Part shown: in pieces, positions 25,051 through 38,659 of the stretch | Layout: the number at the start of each line of letters is the position of its first letter | Numbering within the stretch: the stretch's first letter is position 1 | DNA from: the human T2T-CHM13v2.0 reference genome, Homo sapiens | Length of the DNA stretch: 64,000 nucleotides | Reading direction: 5' to 3' (one strand) | NCBI RefSeq assembly: GCF_009914755.1 | Contig: NC_060934.1 | The notes under the pieces: model-generated | Database searches by the model: none | The model's input: only the letters and a program-made list of their open reading frames with translations | Told to the model about the DNA's origin: nothing | Made by a program: the position numbers and the translations under genes

Positions 25051-27143
25051 TCTTTACGTAGTTGACCTCTCCCATTTATCTCCAATTATCCTGCAGCACA
25101 GTAACAATTATTCAATATCATTAACTAAAACATTAAACTTCTCTATTAATTTTTTGATGATACTGAACTTGTTTCACATAGTCATCACTTTCACAGGTTT
25201 TTGCTCACTTAGTAAATCGAATTTAAATCATGGTTGAGCAGATAGAATTTTAATCAATCGAAAGGAACTTTGGCTACAAGTGGACAATTTATGACTGTTA
25301 CTCTGTAGTTCACAAGCTGGAAGCTGCCCTGTACTCATTCAAAAGCGCTTTCAATATTTGAAAAGTTATATATAAAAATGCCACGATTTTTAACTCTTTG
25401 GGGTTTTCTAATCATGGGTGAAAATAGCAAAGGAGAATCTTGATAGAACAATGTGTTTCAGAGTCAGGATAGGACACTTTGGAGAACAGAGTGAACCTTG
25501 TGGACAGTTAGTTCTCCCACAAAATCTTTGACATTTGCTGGATAGAGTACAGAATAATAGTACAAAGTTCTGAAATATCCATCACTAGGTTTCTGGAAAA
25601 AAATTAGGATAAAATAATATTTTAATGAATTTTGAGTAATTCCCAGAAGATGAAAATCAGATATTGACTATTTTAATGACTTTCATATTTGTATTGTTTT
25701 AAAAATTATTTTTCCATTGTATGAACTTTCTTATGTACCCCTGATATTCTCCCACAGTGATTTGATTAAAATGTAGTAGAATATATCATGCAACGTATTT
25801 TGGTGTGAAACAAACACTGGATCAAAGTTTTCATAGTTTTCTTTATTTTTACTTGCATTTTGTTGTTTTGATTTTTTTAAAAAACCCCACAATAGCAAAC
25901 AAAAAATGTCATGTGAGCCTGAATTTTATGAACGCTTAAGGAAAAATTTTCAGAAAAGAATATCTTCTCCATTAACTCCATGAGCATAGCTCCCAGATTA
26001 TAAGGACTTTAAAGATCAATTTCTCCAATAGCCATAGAGAAAATTTTCTCTTTTCCTGTGCAGGGTCACTTGAACTGTAAACACTAGTGGAGTATTTATT
26101 TGGAAAATAGCCTCATGAGGTTCTGAACTGATCTGAGAGAAAAAGAACGCTTCAGGACAGCCTCTATGATAATATGTTTCAATATTAAAACCAAACTTAA
26201 GTGGTCTGTTTATATGAACTAAAAAAGCTATATGCCAATTTAAAAAATGAATTTTGGGTTATATCTTGCCACAGGTTCTAAGACAATGGTCTTGGAGAGT
26301 AGCTCCATTTTCTGTATTCACTGTGGCTTGTAGATAACTCAGTTATCTGAGCTGATGGTTATATAGTTCTGAATTGAATGTCCAGTTATTATAGAAATGT
26401 ATCTTGGAAGTTTATTTATCTCTGAATCTTTTTTATCCTATACTTCAATGGATTTTTTTTTGGAAACCTGCTTTAAATATTACTAACATCAAAATATCTT
26501 GTCTTGGAGTAAACATTGCTTTTGAAACAAGAGGATCATGAATTTGATTCCTAATTGTGCCTCCTTAGTGAAAGATGTGGGCGTGCTTTAATGCAAAGAA
26601 TGTACCTAATATCTGTTTTGATGGGCCAAATAGAATCCTTTATATTTTAACAAAAGGACATTCAAAAGCTAAGTTAATCTAGGGTTTGTTCTACAGTCCT
26701 AAATCCACAAAGTCTGCTGGTTCTGAACATCATAAGTAAATAAAAGACTGAAGACATTCTAACACTTAAACAGTCTTAAGCCAAGAAAAATAACACAAGT
26801 AGAAAGGAGCCAAATGCAAACATAATTATGTATCCAGTGTCCTCTGTGTTTTGGGTTTGGAATGAAACTGCTGCACAATCCACTAAAAGAATCTCATAGA
26901 TCCAAGTCCGTCTACGCCTCCATTTACTGTTTCTAGTTTATGACAACCTTCCATTTTCAGCTCAACTGGTAGAGAGGAGTGAGTTTCCTAACAACTTAAT
27001 TTCTAGGCTATCTTTATCATCTACCAATAAGAAACTGAGAGCAGTGTCAATAATTTCTTCACCTATCTGCAATTTTATTCATGTTCTTTAAAAATAGCAC
27101 TGCTGCATTTTAAAAATCTCAGCAGGAGTGGGAACTCACACAT

Positions 27144-27195
<52 letters not shown>

Positions 27196-27212
27196 GCCTA
27201 TCTATCTCTCTA
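27144..27212 (+). repeat. (TATC)n / GATA tetranucleotide STR
   Basis: 11 perfect TATC units at 27151-27194 with degenerate flanks. Confidence 0.95.
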
Positions 27213-28373
27213 GTCTATCACCTATTTGTTCATCTCACATCTAGGTGGCTGAGATAATATTTGAAATCTATAATTAATAAGTAATAAAAGAGAAACGCAT
27301 TATTGTACTCAATTTATATAAAGAAATATGTTTACATTGATGGACATAGGTAATCAATTTATAAATACATATTTCTTATTTGGAATTCATCTTCATTAAC
27401 TGCAACACCAAAATACCTGGACTAAGTACTTCATTGTGCTCTCTGGAGAGGTAACTAAATTAACATAATAATATTGCTAGATATTAAATCAGTTCAAGTT
27501 CAGACAAAGAATATGAGTTAAACATGGAATATTGATTGGCATGTGTTTATCTCCTCTTTCTCCTAAAACACAAATAAAAATAACAGTAAAGGAATTTTTC
27601 CAAAAAGCATACTAACTCATAAAGGTAATGGGAAGATTGCAGCAGGCAAAACATTTATGCTAATTTTGGAAAGACAGAGTTTGGGAGTGATGTGTGACTT
27701 AGGAAAGCAGGAGAAATTATACAAATTATAACTTGAGAGGCTGTGGAGTTCACAATACCAATGAAGTTGTGTCAATTTGCTCCATAGAAACTATAAAGGG
27801 TCATCATTCAAAGGCACTGGCCCCAGAGGAGGCAGCTGTAAACAAAACATGGATTGAAATCCATTTTCAAGTAGGCAGTTTTTCCCATCCTGCTGAGGCA
27901 GGGATTGGCCCTGGCCCTGACATCTGTCACAGACCACAGTCTTCTTTTCTGCAGAAGCCAAGCTAAAGAGGCTCCAGCCTTGGTGAAGCGAGATACAAGG
28001 GAAGGTAGAGATTCTGTGTGGGGCTAAAAATAGAAAAGAGTGAGTAAGAGGAACTTCCTTTTCTCTCCTGGACTTACAATTCTTACCTCCACAGACAGAA
28101 ACCTGGGGAATTCTACTGTGGAGAAACTGGTTAAACAAGAAAACAACAAATATGTAATACCTCATCATAGATATTTGGGGTGCCCTTCAGGAAAAGACCA
28201 GGGCTTTTTTGCCCTATAAAAAGGCTTGATTGCCCTAAAATAACCCCATCCAACAACTCCTGTTCTCATACACGGGACTTCTAACCTGCTCTTACTGTCC
28301 CCTTCTAAGATATGAGATGACCACACAGATCACCAGACATGTAAGTTGTAAAACTCAAACAAATTAAGAAATG

Positions 28374-28488
28374 AAAGGAAGGAAAAAGGAAGGAAGGAAG
28401 GAAGGAAGGAAGGAAGGAAAGAGAAGGAAGGGGAGGGGAGGAAGGAAAGAGGAAAGAAAGGAGGGAAAGAAGAAAGGAAGGAAGGAAA
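28374..28488 (+). repeat. (GGAA)n purine-rich repeat
   Basis: aaggaaggaaggaaggaaggaaggaagg.... Confidence 0.92.
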
Positions 28489-28519
28489 CAGGTTACCGAG
28501 GGAGCAGAAAACAAACTAT

Positions 28520-28772
28520 GGCTGTACCATAGAGTAATTCTATTTTAATTTTTTTGAAGAACTGCTATACTATTTTTCATAGTGGTCGCTCCATTTTACA
28601 TTCCCATCAAGAGTATACAGGGGTTCTAGTTTCTGCACATTCTAAACAGCACATTTTTTTTTAAATAGCCATCCTAACAGGTGTGAGGTGATATTGCCAT
28701 TTCGTTTTACATTTTCCCAATGATTAGTGATGTGCACCTTTTCATATATCTGTTGACCATTTGTATGTCTTT
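28520..28772 (-). mobile_element. Antisense L1M ORF2 3' fragment
   Basis: ttctattttaatttttttgaagaactgctatact...tagccatcctaacaggtgtgaggtgatat. Confidence 0.75.
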
Positions 28773-29989
28773 GAACATGACAATAAAAAAGAAAAAAATG
28801 AAAACATTCTAAAAAAGATGTCCTTAAAACACAAGAAACATTAATAATATTTCAGAAGCAAGAACTTTAAAGAGTAAGATTAAAAGATAAAGTTGATAAT
28901 ACCCCCCAGTGAATAAGAACAAATAAAAAGAAAGTAAACAGTTTAGAAAAAGTAAAGTTAGAAATTGACAAAGGGGTCCAGAATTCAATTAATAGACATT
29001 TCAGAAAGAGAAAACAGGGAAAAAAAATAGAAAGAAATTATCAGTGAATGACTGAAAACAATTCCCAGAATCGAATGCCATCCATCTCCTCCTGACTGAA
29101 AAACACCAGGTACTGGCACTGCAAATGTAAAAATGCCCACAGCAAGGAGCCTTATTGTAAGACAAAAATCCTAGACAGTATTTTGGGAAAAAATAATTCA
29201 CACACAAAAGAAAGAGAATCAAAATGGTATTCAACTTTTTTCCTGTAACTGCAAAAGCTAGAAAACAAAGAACTAATGACTTCAAAATTCTGGGAAAAAA
29301 ATTATTTCCAATCTACAGCTCTTTTTTCAGAAAAAAGTTAATCAGAGATGAGGAGAGATTAAACACATATTTTCAGCATGCAAAAACTTAAACCAAGAAC
29401 GTATATTTCTTATCCTTTCTTGGGAAGCTGCTGGAAGGACATGTTTAAGGAAAGTGATATTTATAAAGAAAATTATAGCTTTATATTCCTATATTAAAAA
29501 AGAAAAATAAATAGTCTAAATTTTTTCCTTAAGTAGCTAGAAGAGCAAACTTAACCAAAATAGTTGATGCAAGGATGTAATAAGGATAGAAACAATAATT
29601 AATTAAAACAAAAAAACCAAATTACAAAAAAATCATTGAAGCAAAAATCCTCACAAAATACCAATCAGAATGAAAGTGAGTATATTCCTGAAAATCTTTT
29701 ATATATTAAAAAGAAAAAAAGTAATACTAAAATAAATTTCTTGCTAATAATTGCAAAAATATAAATGAAATAGAAAAAGACATATAAAACAACTCATAAA
29801 AATTAATAAGATGAATTAGGAATCCAAATAATCCTATATTTAATAAAGAATTAAATTTATTATTATAAAAAATCCTCCCATACAGAACACTCCAAGCCCA
29901 TATGGTTGCATTTATACAATCTCTTTTAGAAAAAAAAAGGGGGGGTTATAGAATCACTTCACATTTTGTTTTATGAGGCTAGCATAATT

Positions 29990-30480
29990 ATATCGGTTTT
30001 CTACTGCTGTTTAATGAACAGCCACAAAAACCGGTGGTTTAAAACACAAAAATTTATTATTTGTAGGGTTCTATGTGGTTGGCTGGTCTCAGCTCTGTGG
30101 TACATTGCTCCTTGCTGTGTCAGCTGGTGTCACTCATATTGCTGTATTCAGATATTAGATGAGCAGGGCTGGAGGACTTTAGTCTACCCACATGCCTGGG
30201 GCACTGGGAGAGATCATTAGAAGACTGTGCTATTTCTCTCTCTATGTGTTCCCTTATCATTGAATTGCTCACATTGGGTCCTACCAGACCTAAAGTGGAA
30301 GCTGTCAGCCCTGTAACATGTGGACAGAGAACTGCCAAGTGTTACCACATTCTACTGGTCGCAGCAAGTTACAAGACTAACCCAGACTGAAGAGGAAAGG
30401 AAAGAGACTGAAACTCTTGGTGGTTGTGGTGGTGACATTTATGTACAGGATAGGGATTTTGGTAGAGATGCTCACATAAT
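29990..30480 (-). mobile_element. MLT1-type MaLR LTR inserted in the old L1
   Basis: ccacaaaaaccggtggtttaaaacacaaaaatttattatt...ccacattctactggtcgcagcaagttacaagactaacccagact. Confidence 0.75.
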
Positions 30481-32766
30481 TTACCATGACAAACTTGATA
30501 TCAAAACCTGACAAAGCTACTACAAGAAAAAAATAAAAAAAAACCTCTCATGAACATAGAAGCAAAAGTCCTTTAGAAAATGTTAGCAAATTAAATCCAA
30601 AAATATACAAAAATAGAAGCACCATGATCTTATGGAGTATAGGCAAGAAATGCAAATTTGGTTTAACAGTTTAAAATCAATGAATTTAATTCATATTATT
30701 AATAGACAAAAGAAGAAAATAATTTCGATAGATGCAGAAAAAGCATTTGACCAAAAAAAATTATTAATTTTTTTAATTAGAAAACTAGGAATAGAAGGGA
30801 ACTTCTTCAATACTATCAGCTAAAGGAAACATCTATAATTAACATCAAACTAAATGATCAAGGTCTGAACATTTTCCCACTAAGACTGGGAATAGGCACT
30901 AAGTATTGAAATGGAGGTCCTGGTCAGTGCAATGAAGCAAAGAATAAAATCAAATAATGCAGATTGGAAGGGAAGAAGCAACACTCTCTCTGTTCTCAAG
31001 AGATCTGATTGTTTGCATAGGAAATTGTAAGGGATCTACAAAGCAATTACTAAATTAGTAAGTAAATTTAGCCAATGGCAAGGTAACATGTTGACAAACA
31101 AAAATCAATTGTATTTTTAAAACTTGAATCCCATAATTAGATTTTTAAATTCCATTTCTAATACTCTTAGAAAGCATAAAATACTAAGAAATAAATCTAG
31201 CAAGAACAGAGCAAGACCTCTAAAATAAATATAAAACCTGATTCGAGAAAATAAAGAATACTAAATAAAAAAACCACGTTCATGAATAAGAAAATTCAAT
31301 ATTGTTAATATATCAATTCTCCCCAAATTTATAGATTCACTGATTCAGTAACAATCGCGATCCTAGAATTTCTTTTATAAAAATTGATGAGGTGATTTAA
31401 AAATTTATACAGAAAACAAGGGACTTAGAATAGCTAAAAGAGTCTTAAAAATTAAAACAACTTTGAAAGATACAAAATACATGACTTTAAGATTTACTAT
31501 AAAGCTACAGTAATCAAGGCAGTGTGGTACTGGGGTAAGGATGATCAAGAATTCAAATGGAACAGAACATGTAGTCCATAAGTAGACTTACAAGCATAGG
31601 TTAATTGATTTTCAGCAAAGCCATCAAGGCATTTCTATAATGAAAGTTCTTTCAACAAACGGTGCTAGAACAACTAGATATACATTTGGGGAAGAAAATG
31701 AGCTAAAAGTTTACCTCTACTACAAACATAATTCACTCAACCTAGATTATAGACCAAAGTATAAAAACTGAAGTTATAAAGCCTCTGGAAGAAAATATAA
31801 AATAATATCTTCATGACTATAATGTTGGCAAATATTGTGAAGGGCACAGAAAGAAGTAGTCAACAAAAGAAGAAAAAAATGAGAAATTAAACTACATAAA
31901 GTTACAGACTTCTGCTCCTCAGAAGAAATCATGAAGAAAAAGAACATTATTAAATAGAAGAATAAAATATTCTTAAAACATCTGACCAAAATCTTTCATG
32001 AACAGAATAGATTTTCAAAACTTTGATAACTCATCAGAAAGGTAAACAACAAAACATGAGAATAGATTGGAACAGTTATTTCACAAAAGAAATAATATTT
32101 AATAAGCACATGAAAAAGTCCTCAGCAGCATTAATAATTAAGGGACTCCAAATTAGAACCACAATAAGATACTACTACACATCCACTAGAATGATTGAGA
32201 TTAAAATGAAACAAAAGAAGACTGACAATATCAAATGTGGGGAAGGACACATTGCTTGTGATTGTGTAAAATGTCACAACTACTAAGGAAAATCATTTTT
32301 CAGTTTTTCATAGAGGTAAGCATATACCTATTCTGTGACCCAGCAAATTCCTCTGGTAGATATTAATCCTAGGGAAATGAAAATGTATGAAAGGACATCA
32401 TAAAGAATACTGATAACATCATTACACATAGTAGTCCTGAATTGAAAATATCCCTTATGTCTGTTAACAGGAAAATGAAATTGCTGTATCTAATGGAATA
32501 TTATGCTCTAATAATAGGAGAAGAAATACTGATATATCGAATAACCCAAACAAGTCTGGAAGACACATGCTAAGACAAAGAAGCTGATGTAAAAGACTAC
32601 AAGCTGTATTATTGTATTTATGTACAGCTTTAGGAGAGGCAAAATTAATCATGATGCAATAAATCTGAACAGTCATTTGCTGGGGGAGCCTGTAGGTTGC
32701 AAATAGCTGGGAGGGGCATGAGGGAACTTTCTGGGTGATGGGAACATTCTGTATCATAATAAGGGT

Positions 32767-33252
32767 GTGTGCTACTTGGGTTTTCCAAGAATGGCCACAG
32801 AAATATTTCCAATCCCATATGTTCTTTTGGCACATTGCTACCAAGATCCAAGTTTATTGTTATCAATAACCAAGCCTGAGAAATTTACTTTCATTAAATC
32901 TGGATGGGCTTGTGGCTTTCAAGGCCAGGTCATAAAAAAGATAAAGAGTGTTGGTGGGCTGTCCCTTTCTTGAGAAGCTTGGAATTCAGGCACTATACTG
33001 CCAGGAAACCACTGTGCACAGATTTCAACAAGCAGCATTGACTGCCAGACAGGTGAGTAAGCAAACCTAGAGATGAGTGTAGACTCTCACTTCGACCCCA
33101 CCAGGTAAGGCCTCAGACATAAGACATCAGAGTTAGGCCACACACACTGGGTCCTGCCTTAATGCCTTACTCTCAGAATCTATGAGGATAAGAAATGCCT
33201 ATTTCATATTATTGTGTTTTGGGGTGATTTGTTACACAACCATGGTAACTCC
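32767..33252 (+). mobile_element. MLT1-type MaLR LTR
   Basis: Start ...aagaatggccacagaaatatttcc; end tcagaatctatgag...tttggggtgatttgttacacaaccatggtaact. Confidence 0.7.
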
Positions 33253-34033
33253 ATCATACTACGTAATCAATTATGTATTTTTCTTTATGCATTTAAAAAA
33301 TTGTCTCTTAACTATGCCAAGTTATATATTTGAATTATTCATAGCTTGGCATCTTCTGGCATATTTTTGCATTCTGAATGTAAGTCAATCTTTGTGCAAA
33401 TGAAGCAGCATTGTCTATATTTTGTTTTATTCTGTTCCATGCAGAACCATAAAGATAAAACAATCTAATTTTTTAAAACAAGAAGATAATTTGTCAATTT
33501 TCTGACTTTTTGACTTAGGTGGCAAATAATTATGGATTTACTCTTCATAAACTTGATCATATTACAAACCTGCCTTTTAATGACAGTATTGTGAGGTCAC
33601 CTGGACGCACTAATTTTAAATATAGCAAACGGTAAGATGAAATGATTTATTTACATGATGTAGTTTGGGAAAATGAGACCATGGCAGGTTATGAATTAGA
33701 CATTAACTCTAATAGTATAATTGTATCAAACCAATGGAATTTCTCTGAGTGAAGACATGATGGAGGAGTGGCACTTTATAAAGTCTGAAAACTGTTCAGA
33801 TTTACAACCTGGTGCAGGGTGATAAAGACAGACCAAATTTACTGATGTGTATGTCTTGTTTCCCATGTGAAAAGAAGCAGTGAACCGGTATTTGCTGAAC
33901 TCTAGCTTCTAAATAAAATCAGATGGGTGCTTTACATTTAAATGTTTTTCATTCTATTTTTTTTACCAAAAATATGAAAAATAAAGTATGAACTTTTAAT
34001 ATTATACAAAGTTATTTTCCCTAAAGTGATTTA

Positions 34034-34099
34034 ACCAGCCTGGGCAATAGAGTGAGACCCCATGTCTATATATAAGTAAATCAACAAATAACTAATAAA
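34034..34099 (+). mobile_element. Extremely 5'-truncated Alu (last ~35 nt plus tail)
   Basis: ccagcctgggcaatagagtgagacccc plus a TAAA-type tail; TSD taaagtgattta / taaagttattta. Confidence 0.8.
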
Positions 34100-35564
34100 T
34101 AAAGTTATTTACATACCTATAAAGAGAACAGTAGATTTTGAAACTTTAACAATAGAATCAGATTTTGAGGTTTTCCCATGTTAATATTGAGTCACCAAAA
34201 CATGAAGTAGAAAATTCGATGAAATTGATAGATTCTGCAGATAATCTTGGCAGCAGTCAGGCTACCTATAGGTTTGCTTATATTCTAGATTAGAAAAACA
34301 GAGAGCAAATGTGTGCTCTGCTCACCAATTGATAGATGAGTTTGATTCTGGAGGCCCTGGATCAAGCAACACTTGACTTCACATGCAATTCTGGTATAGC
34401 CAACCCTGCTGACACAGCAAACAGAAAGAAAAGAGGGAAATTCAGGCTTCCCTCAGGCCACAAAAAAAATGTTCCAGCAGAAATTAGAAAATGCAGTCTG
34501 ACATTAGGATATGTGAAGAATACAGCCAGCCTCAGGTCACAGAAAGGAAATCCTATTTCACCAGGAATCCAAGTATGTTAGAACAGGCAACTTACTCTTT
34601 TTCATTATAAAACAAGAAGAACTAAAACAAAAGCAACAATGAAGAGTTTCCCACAGGAGAGTTGATGTGTGCTGCATTTTCCTTTTCAGCTTCGTCACTC
34701 TTTGGTTTTTCGTTTCCCCTCCCAAGGCTACCTTTACAAAGGTTTTAAGGTCTGTTCCAGGGACGTACACTACAGCATGTGCCATTATTCAGAATGCTCA
34801 CCAAAGTATAGTTTACTTTGAGTACATCATTCCTGGGGGTTCCTTCTCCTAGTAAATAATTTCCTGGTGAAAATAAGTGAAAAATATCGACATTGACTTT
34901 GCATCCACAGTACTTCTGCCAGGCAATTCTCTAACATTTTTATATTTGTATGTATAATCCAACCTACATAAAAACTTATACAGTTGAGGAGCCTATGTCA
35001 GAGAAGTTGAAGCAACAGAGAGAGTGGCAAAGCAGGACTCACATGCTGCTTGCCTTCTTCCCACCCGCACTCTGCAGTGGAGCTCAGTGACTGCCAGCCT
35101 CAGCTGTCAGTGCCCTGTGAGCACGGGGGAGGAATCAGGGGAAGAATTCAGGAATGGATTATTGTATGGACAAACTATGAAATGCAAGGGCTTAAAAATG
35201 AAGAGGTTAAAAACTAAGAAGTATTGCCCAGCCTTAAGGAGTTTATAATGGATGTGGAACACATGAGAAATATCCACACATAACTATAAAGTGAAACAGA
35301 ATATGACAAGGTGTCTAAGACCAAAGATCTATGAATACTCAACAAAGTGAAAAATTACACCTACAAAGGCTATGTATGGAAGATGAATGAATTCGAGCTG
35401 GGGATTGATAAGTGGGAGAGTTCGGTGAGGCAGCACAAAGTGAATGTTTCTCGAAGGTAGAAACCAAAACACACAGGCTCCTAATAAATCATGCATCAGA
35501 CTTCTTTCAAGATAAAAAATAATAATTTTTGAAAAAAGCATTAAAATACTCATACATATTGTAC

Positions 35565-37799
35565 AGGGTGGGGCCAAGATGGCTGACTAGAAGCAACAAC
35601 ATTCGGAGGCTCCCATCCAAAAAAACCATAATAAGCATGTGAATCCTTCACCGGCAACCAAGGTATCCAGGTTCTCTCATCAAAACTGACTAGAAGGTTG
35701 GCATGACCCACAGAGAGAGGGAAGAACAGTGCTGTGTGGCGGCCCACCTGAGAGCCACAAGGGGAAGAGGGACCCCCACCCCACAGCCAAGGGAGGCAGC
35801 GAGTGAGCACACTACCCAGTGGGGGAAACTGTGCTTTCTCCGTGGAACTGGGCAACCCAAAGATCAGGAGATCCCACTCGTGAACCCATGCCACCAGGGT
35901 CTAACATCCCAATCCCAGCCCCAAAACTTCTTGAACTGATAAGAAACTTCAGCAAAGTCTCAGGATACAAAATCAATGAGCAAAAATCACAAGCATTTTT
36001 TAAACCAACAATAGGCAAGCAGAGAGCAACATCATGAATGAACTCCCATCCACAGTTGCTACAAAGAGAATAAAACAGCTAGGAATACAGAGAACAAGGG
36101 ATGTGAAGAACCTCTTCAAGGAGAACTACAAACCACTGCTGAGGGAAATAAGAGAGGACACAAACAAGTGGAAAAACATTCCATCCTCATGGATAGGAAG
36201 AATCAATATCATGAAAATGGCCATACTGCCCAAAGTAACTTATAGATTCAATGCTATTCCCATCAAACTACCATTGACATTCTTCACAGAATTAGAAAAA
36301 AAACTATGTTAAATTTCACATGGAATCAAAGAAGACCACGTATAGCCAAGACAATCCTAAGGAAAAGAACAAAGCTGGAGGCATCACGCTACCTGACTTC
36401 AAACTATACTACAAGGCTACAATAACAAAAGCAGCATGGTACTGGTACCGAAACAGACATACAGACCAATGGAACAAAACAGAGGCCTCAGAAATAACAC
36501 CACACATCTACAACCATCTAATCTTTGACAAACCTGACAAAAACAAGCAATGGGAAAAGGATCTCCTATTAAGTAAATGGTGCTGGGTAAACTGGCTAGC
36601 CATATGCAGAAAACTGAAACTGGACCCCTTCCTTATACCTTATACAAGAATTAACTCAAGATGGATTAAAGACTTACATGTAAAACCCAAAACCGTAAAA
36701 ACCCTAGAAGAAAACCTAGGCAATACCATTCAGGACGTAGGCATGGGCAAAGACTTCATGACAAAAACACCAAAACCAACTGCAACAGAAGCCAAAATTG
36801 ACAAATGGATCTAATTAAACTAAAGAGTTTCTGCACAGCAAAAGAAACTATCATCAGAGTGAACACGCAACCTGCAGAATGGGAAAAAATTTTTGCAATC
36901 TATCCATCTGATAAAGGTCTAATATTCAGAATTTACAAGGAACATAAACATATTTACAAGGAAAAAACCACCTCATCAAAAAGCGGGCAAAGGATATGAA
37001 CAGACACTTCTCAAAAGAAGACATTTACATGGCCAACAAACATGAAAAGAAAGCTCAACATCACTGATCTTAAAAGAAATGCAAATAAGAACTACAATGA
37101 GATACCATCTCATGACAGTCAGAATGAGGGTTATTAAAAAGTCAGGAAACAACAGATGCTGGCAGGGCTGTGGAGAAACAGGAATGCTTATACACTGTTA
37201 GTGGGGATGTAAATTAGTTCAACCATTGTGGAAGACAGTCTGGCGATCCCTCAAGGATCTAGAATCAGAAATACCATTTGACCCAGCAATCTCATTACTG
37301 GGTGTATATCAAAAGGAATATAAATAATTCTACATAAATACACATGCATGTTTACTGCAGCACTATTTACAATAGCAAAAACAGAACCAACCCAAATGCC
37401 CATCAATGATAGACTAGATAAAGAAAATGTGGTACATATACACCATGGAATACTACGCAGCCATAAAAAAGGAATGAGATCGTGTCCTTTGCAGGGACAT
37501 GGATGAAGATGGAAGCCATCATCCTCAGCCGACTAACACAGGAAAAGAAAACCAAACACCGCATGTTGTCACTCATAAGTGGGAGTTGAACATTGAGAAT
37601 ACATGGACACAGAGAGGGGAACAATACATACCAGGACCTGTTGGGGGGTGGAGGGTAGGGGGAGGGAACTTAGAGGATGGGTCAATAGGTGCAGCAAACC
37701 ACCATGACACACATATACCTATGTAACAAACCTGCACGGTCTGCACATGTATCCCATTTTGTTTTGTTTTGTTTTGTTTTTAGGAGAAATGAATAAAAT
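35565..37799 (+). mobile_element. L1PA8A-type element with intact 5' end and a multi-kb internal deletion
   Basis: 5'UTR start gggtggggccaagatggctgactagaagc joins at ~35915 directly to ORF2 (cagccccaaaacttcttgaactgataag). ORF2 C-terminal ORFs lie at 36034-36999. The 3' end ggaacttagaggatgggtcaatagg...tatccc(T-rich)aggagaaat is L1PA8A-like. TSD core aaaatactcat at 35543 and 37800. Confidence 0.9.
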
Positions 37800-37999
37800 A
37801 AAATACTCATTGCATATTTGTGGATCATATTTGACAATATGCAAGACACATTTACGGAGTATAATGTGGTAGAAGAAATAAGAGGTTTAAAATAACTCTA
37901 ATAAAAATCATTAGAAAGGAACACATATTCTGTGGTTTTCTGTGGAGGAAGTGGTCATTTCATTTTCAGAATTATTAACAAAAATAGTATGATGCTAGC

Positions 38000-38212
38000 A
38001 AACATGTGTAGGCCTTTAATTCTGTACCATAATGTGCTAAGGTATTTCCTCATGCAGTATTATCTCATGTAACATTTAGGATAAGTTTCTGAGGTAAGTG
38101 TTATGCCCATTTTACAGAGGAGGAAACAGAGGCTGAGGAGAAGTGAAGTAAGTTGTCTGAGGTCACACAGGTAGGCAGTGACAGAGGCACGGTTTGAATG
38201 TCATTGGTCACA
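38000..38212 (-). mobile_element. MIR
   Basis: cccattttacagaggaggaaacagaggctgaggagaagtgaagtaagttgtctgaggtcacacag. Confidence 0.85.
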
Positions 38213-38448
38213 TGTCAAGCTCCAATGTAGGGAAGGATTTGAGTTGGACTCTGAAAGATGGATGCGGTTTCGGCATGTAGAGATGGTCTGGGGAGATTGG
38301 TTTGCATTTGCGAAGATCATGTGAATACAGTTCTAAAGTTGAGAGAAAATAATTTAGCTTGTTTAAACACAAAATCACTTTGAGGAGTTGTAGTGTCCTT
38401 AAGAGGGTTGGTTGGGATAAAGACAACAAACATCAAAATGAAGGCACC

Positions 38449-38659
38449 AAGAAAGAGAGAAGGAGAAGAGGAGAGTAGAGAAAGAAAAGGAGGAAGAAAG
38501 GAAAGAAAGAAGTAAGGAAAGGAGGAAGGCAGGGAGGAAGGGAGAGGGAGAAAAAAAGAAAGAGAGAAAGAAAATGAAAGAAAGAAAGAAAAGAAAAGAA
38601 AAAGAAAGAAAGAAGAAAGAGAGAGAGAATGGGAGAAAGGGGGAGATGGAAAAAAAAAA
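38449..38659 (+). repeat. Polypurine (GAAA/GGAA/GA) low-complexity tract, probably within L2 remnants
   Basis: ~210 bp almost entirely A/G. Confidence 0.92.

Larger units (their letters stand above)
27520..32766 (+). mobile_element. Ancient fragmented L1 (L1ME-like) with several insertions
   Basis: A-rich ORF1/ORF2 remnants (ORF 30632-30823 contains ISIDAEKAFD...KLGIEGNF) and an L1ME 3' motif ggaggggcatgagggaactttctgggtgatgggaacattctgtatc. The 5' boundary is uncertain. Confidence 0.7.

Noticed and set aside
36034-36999. ORFs with clear protein similarity
   Set aside because: These are frameshifted L1 ORF2 C-terminal remnants, not a host gene.
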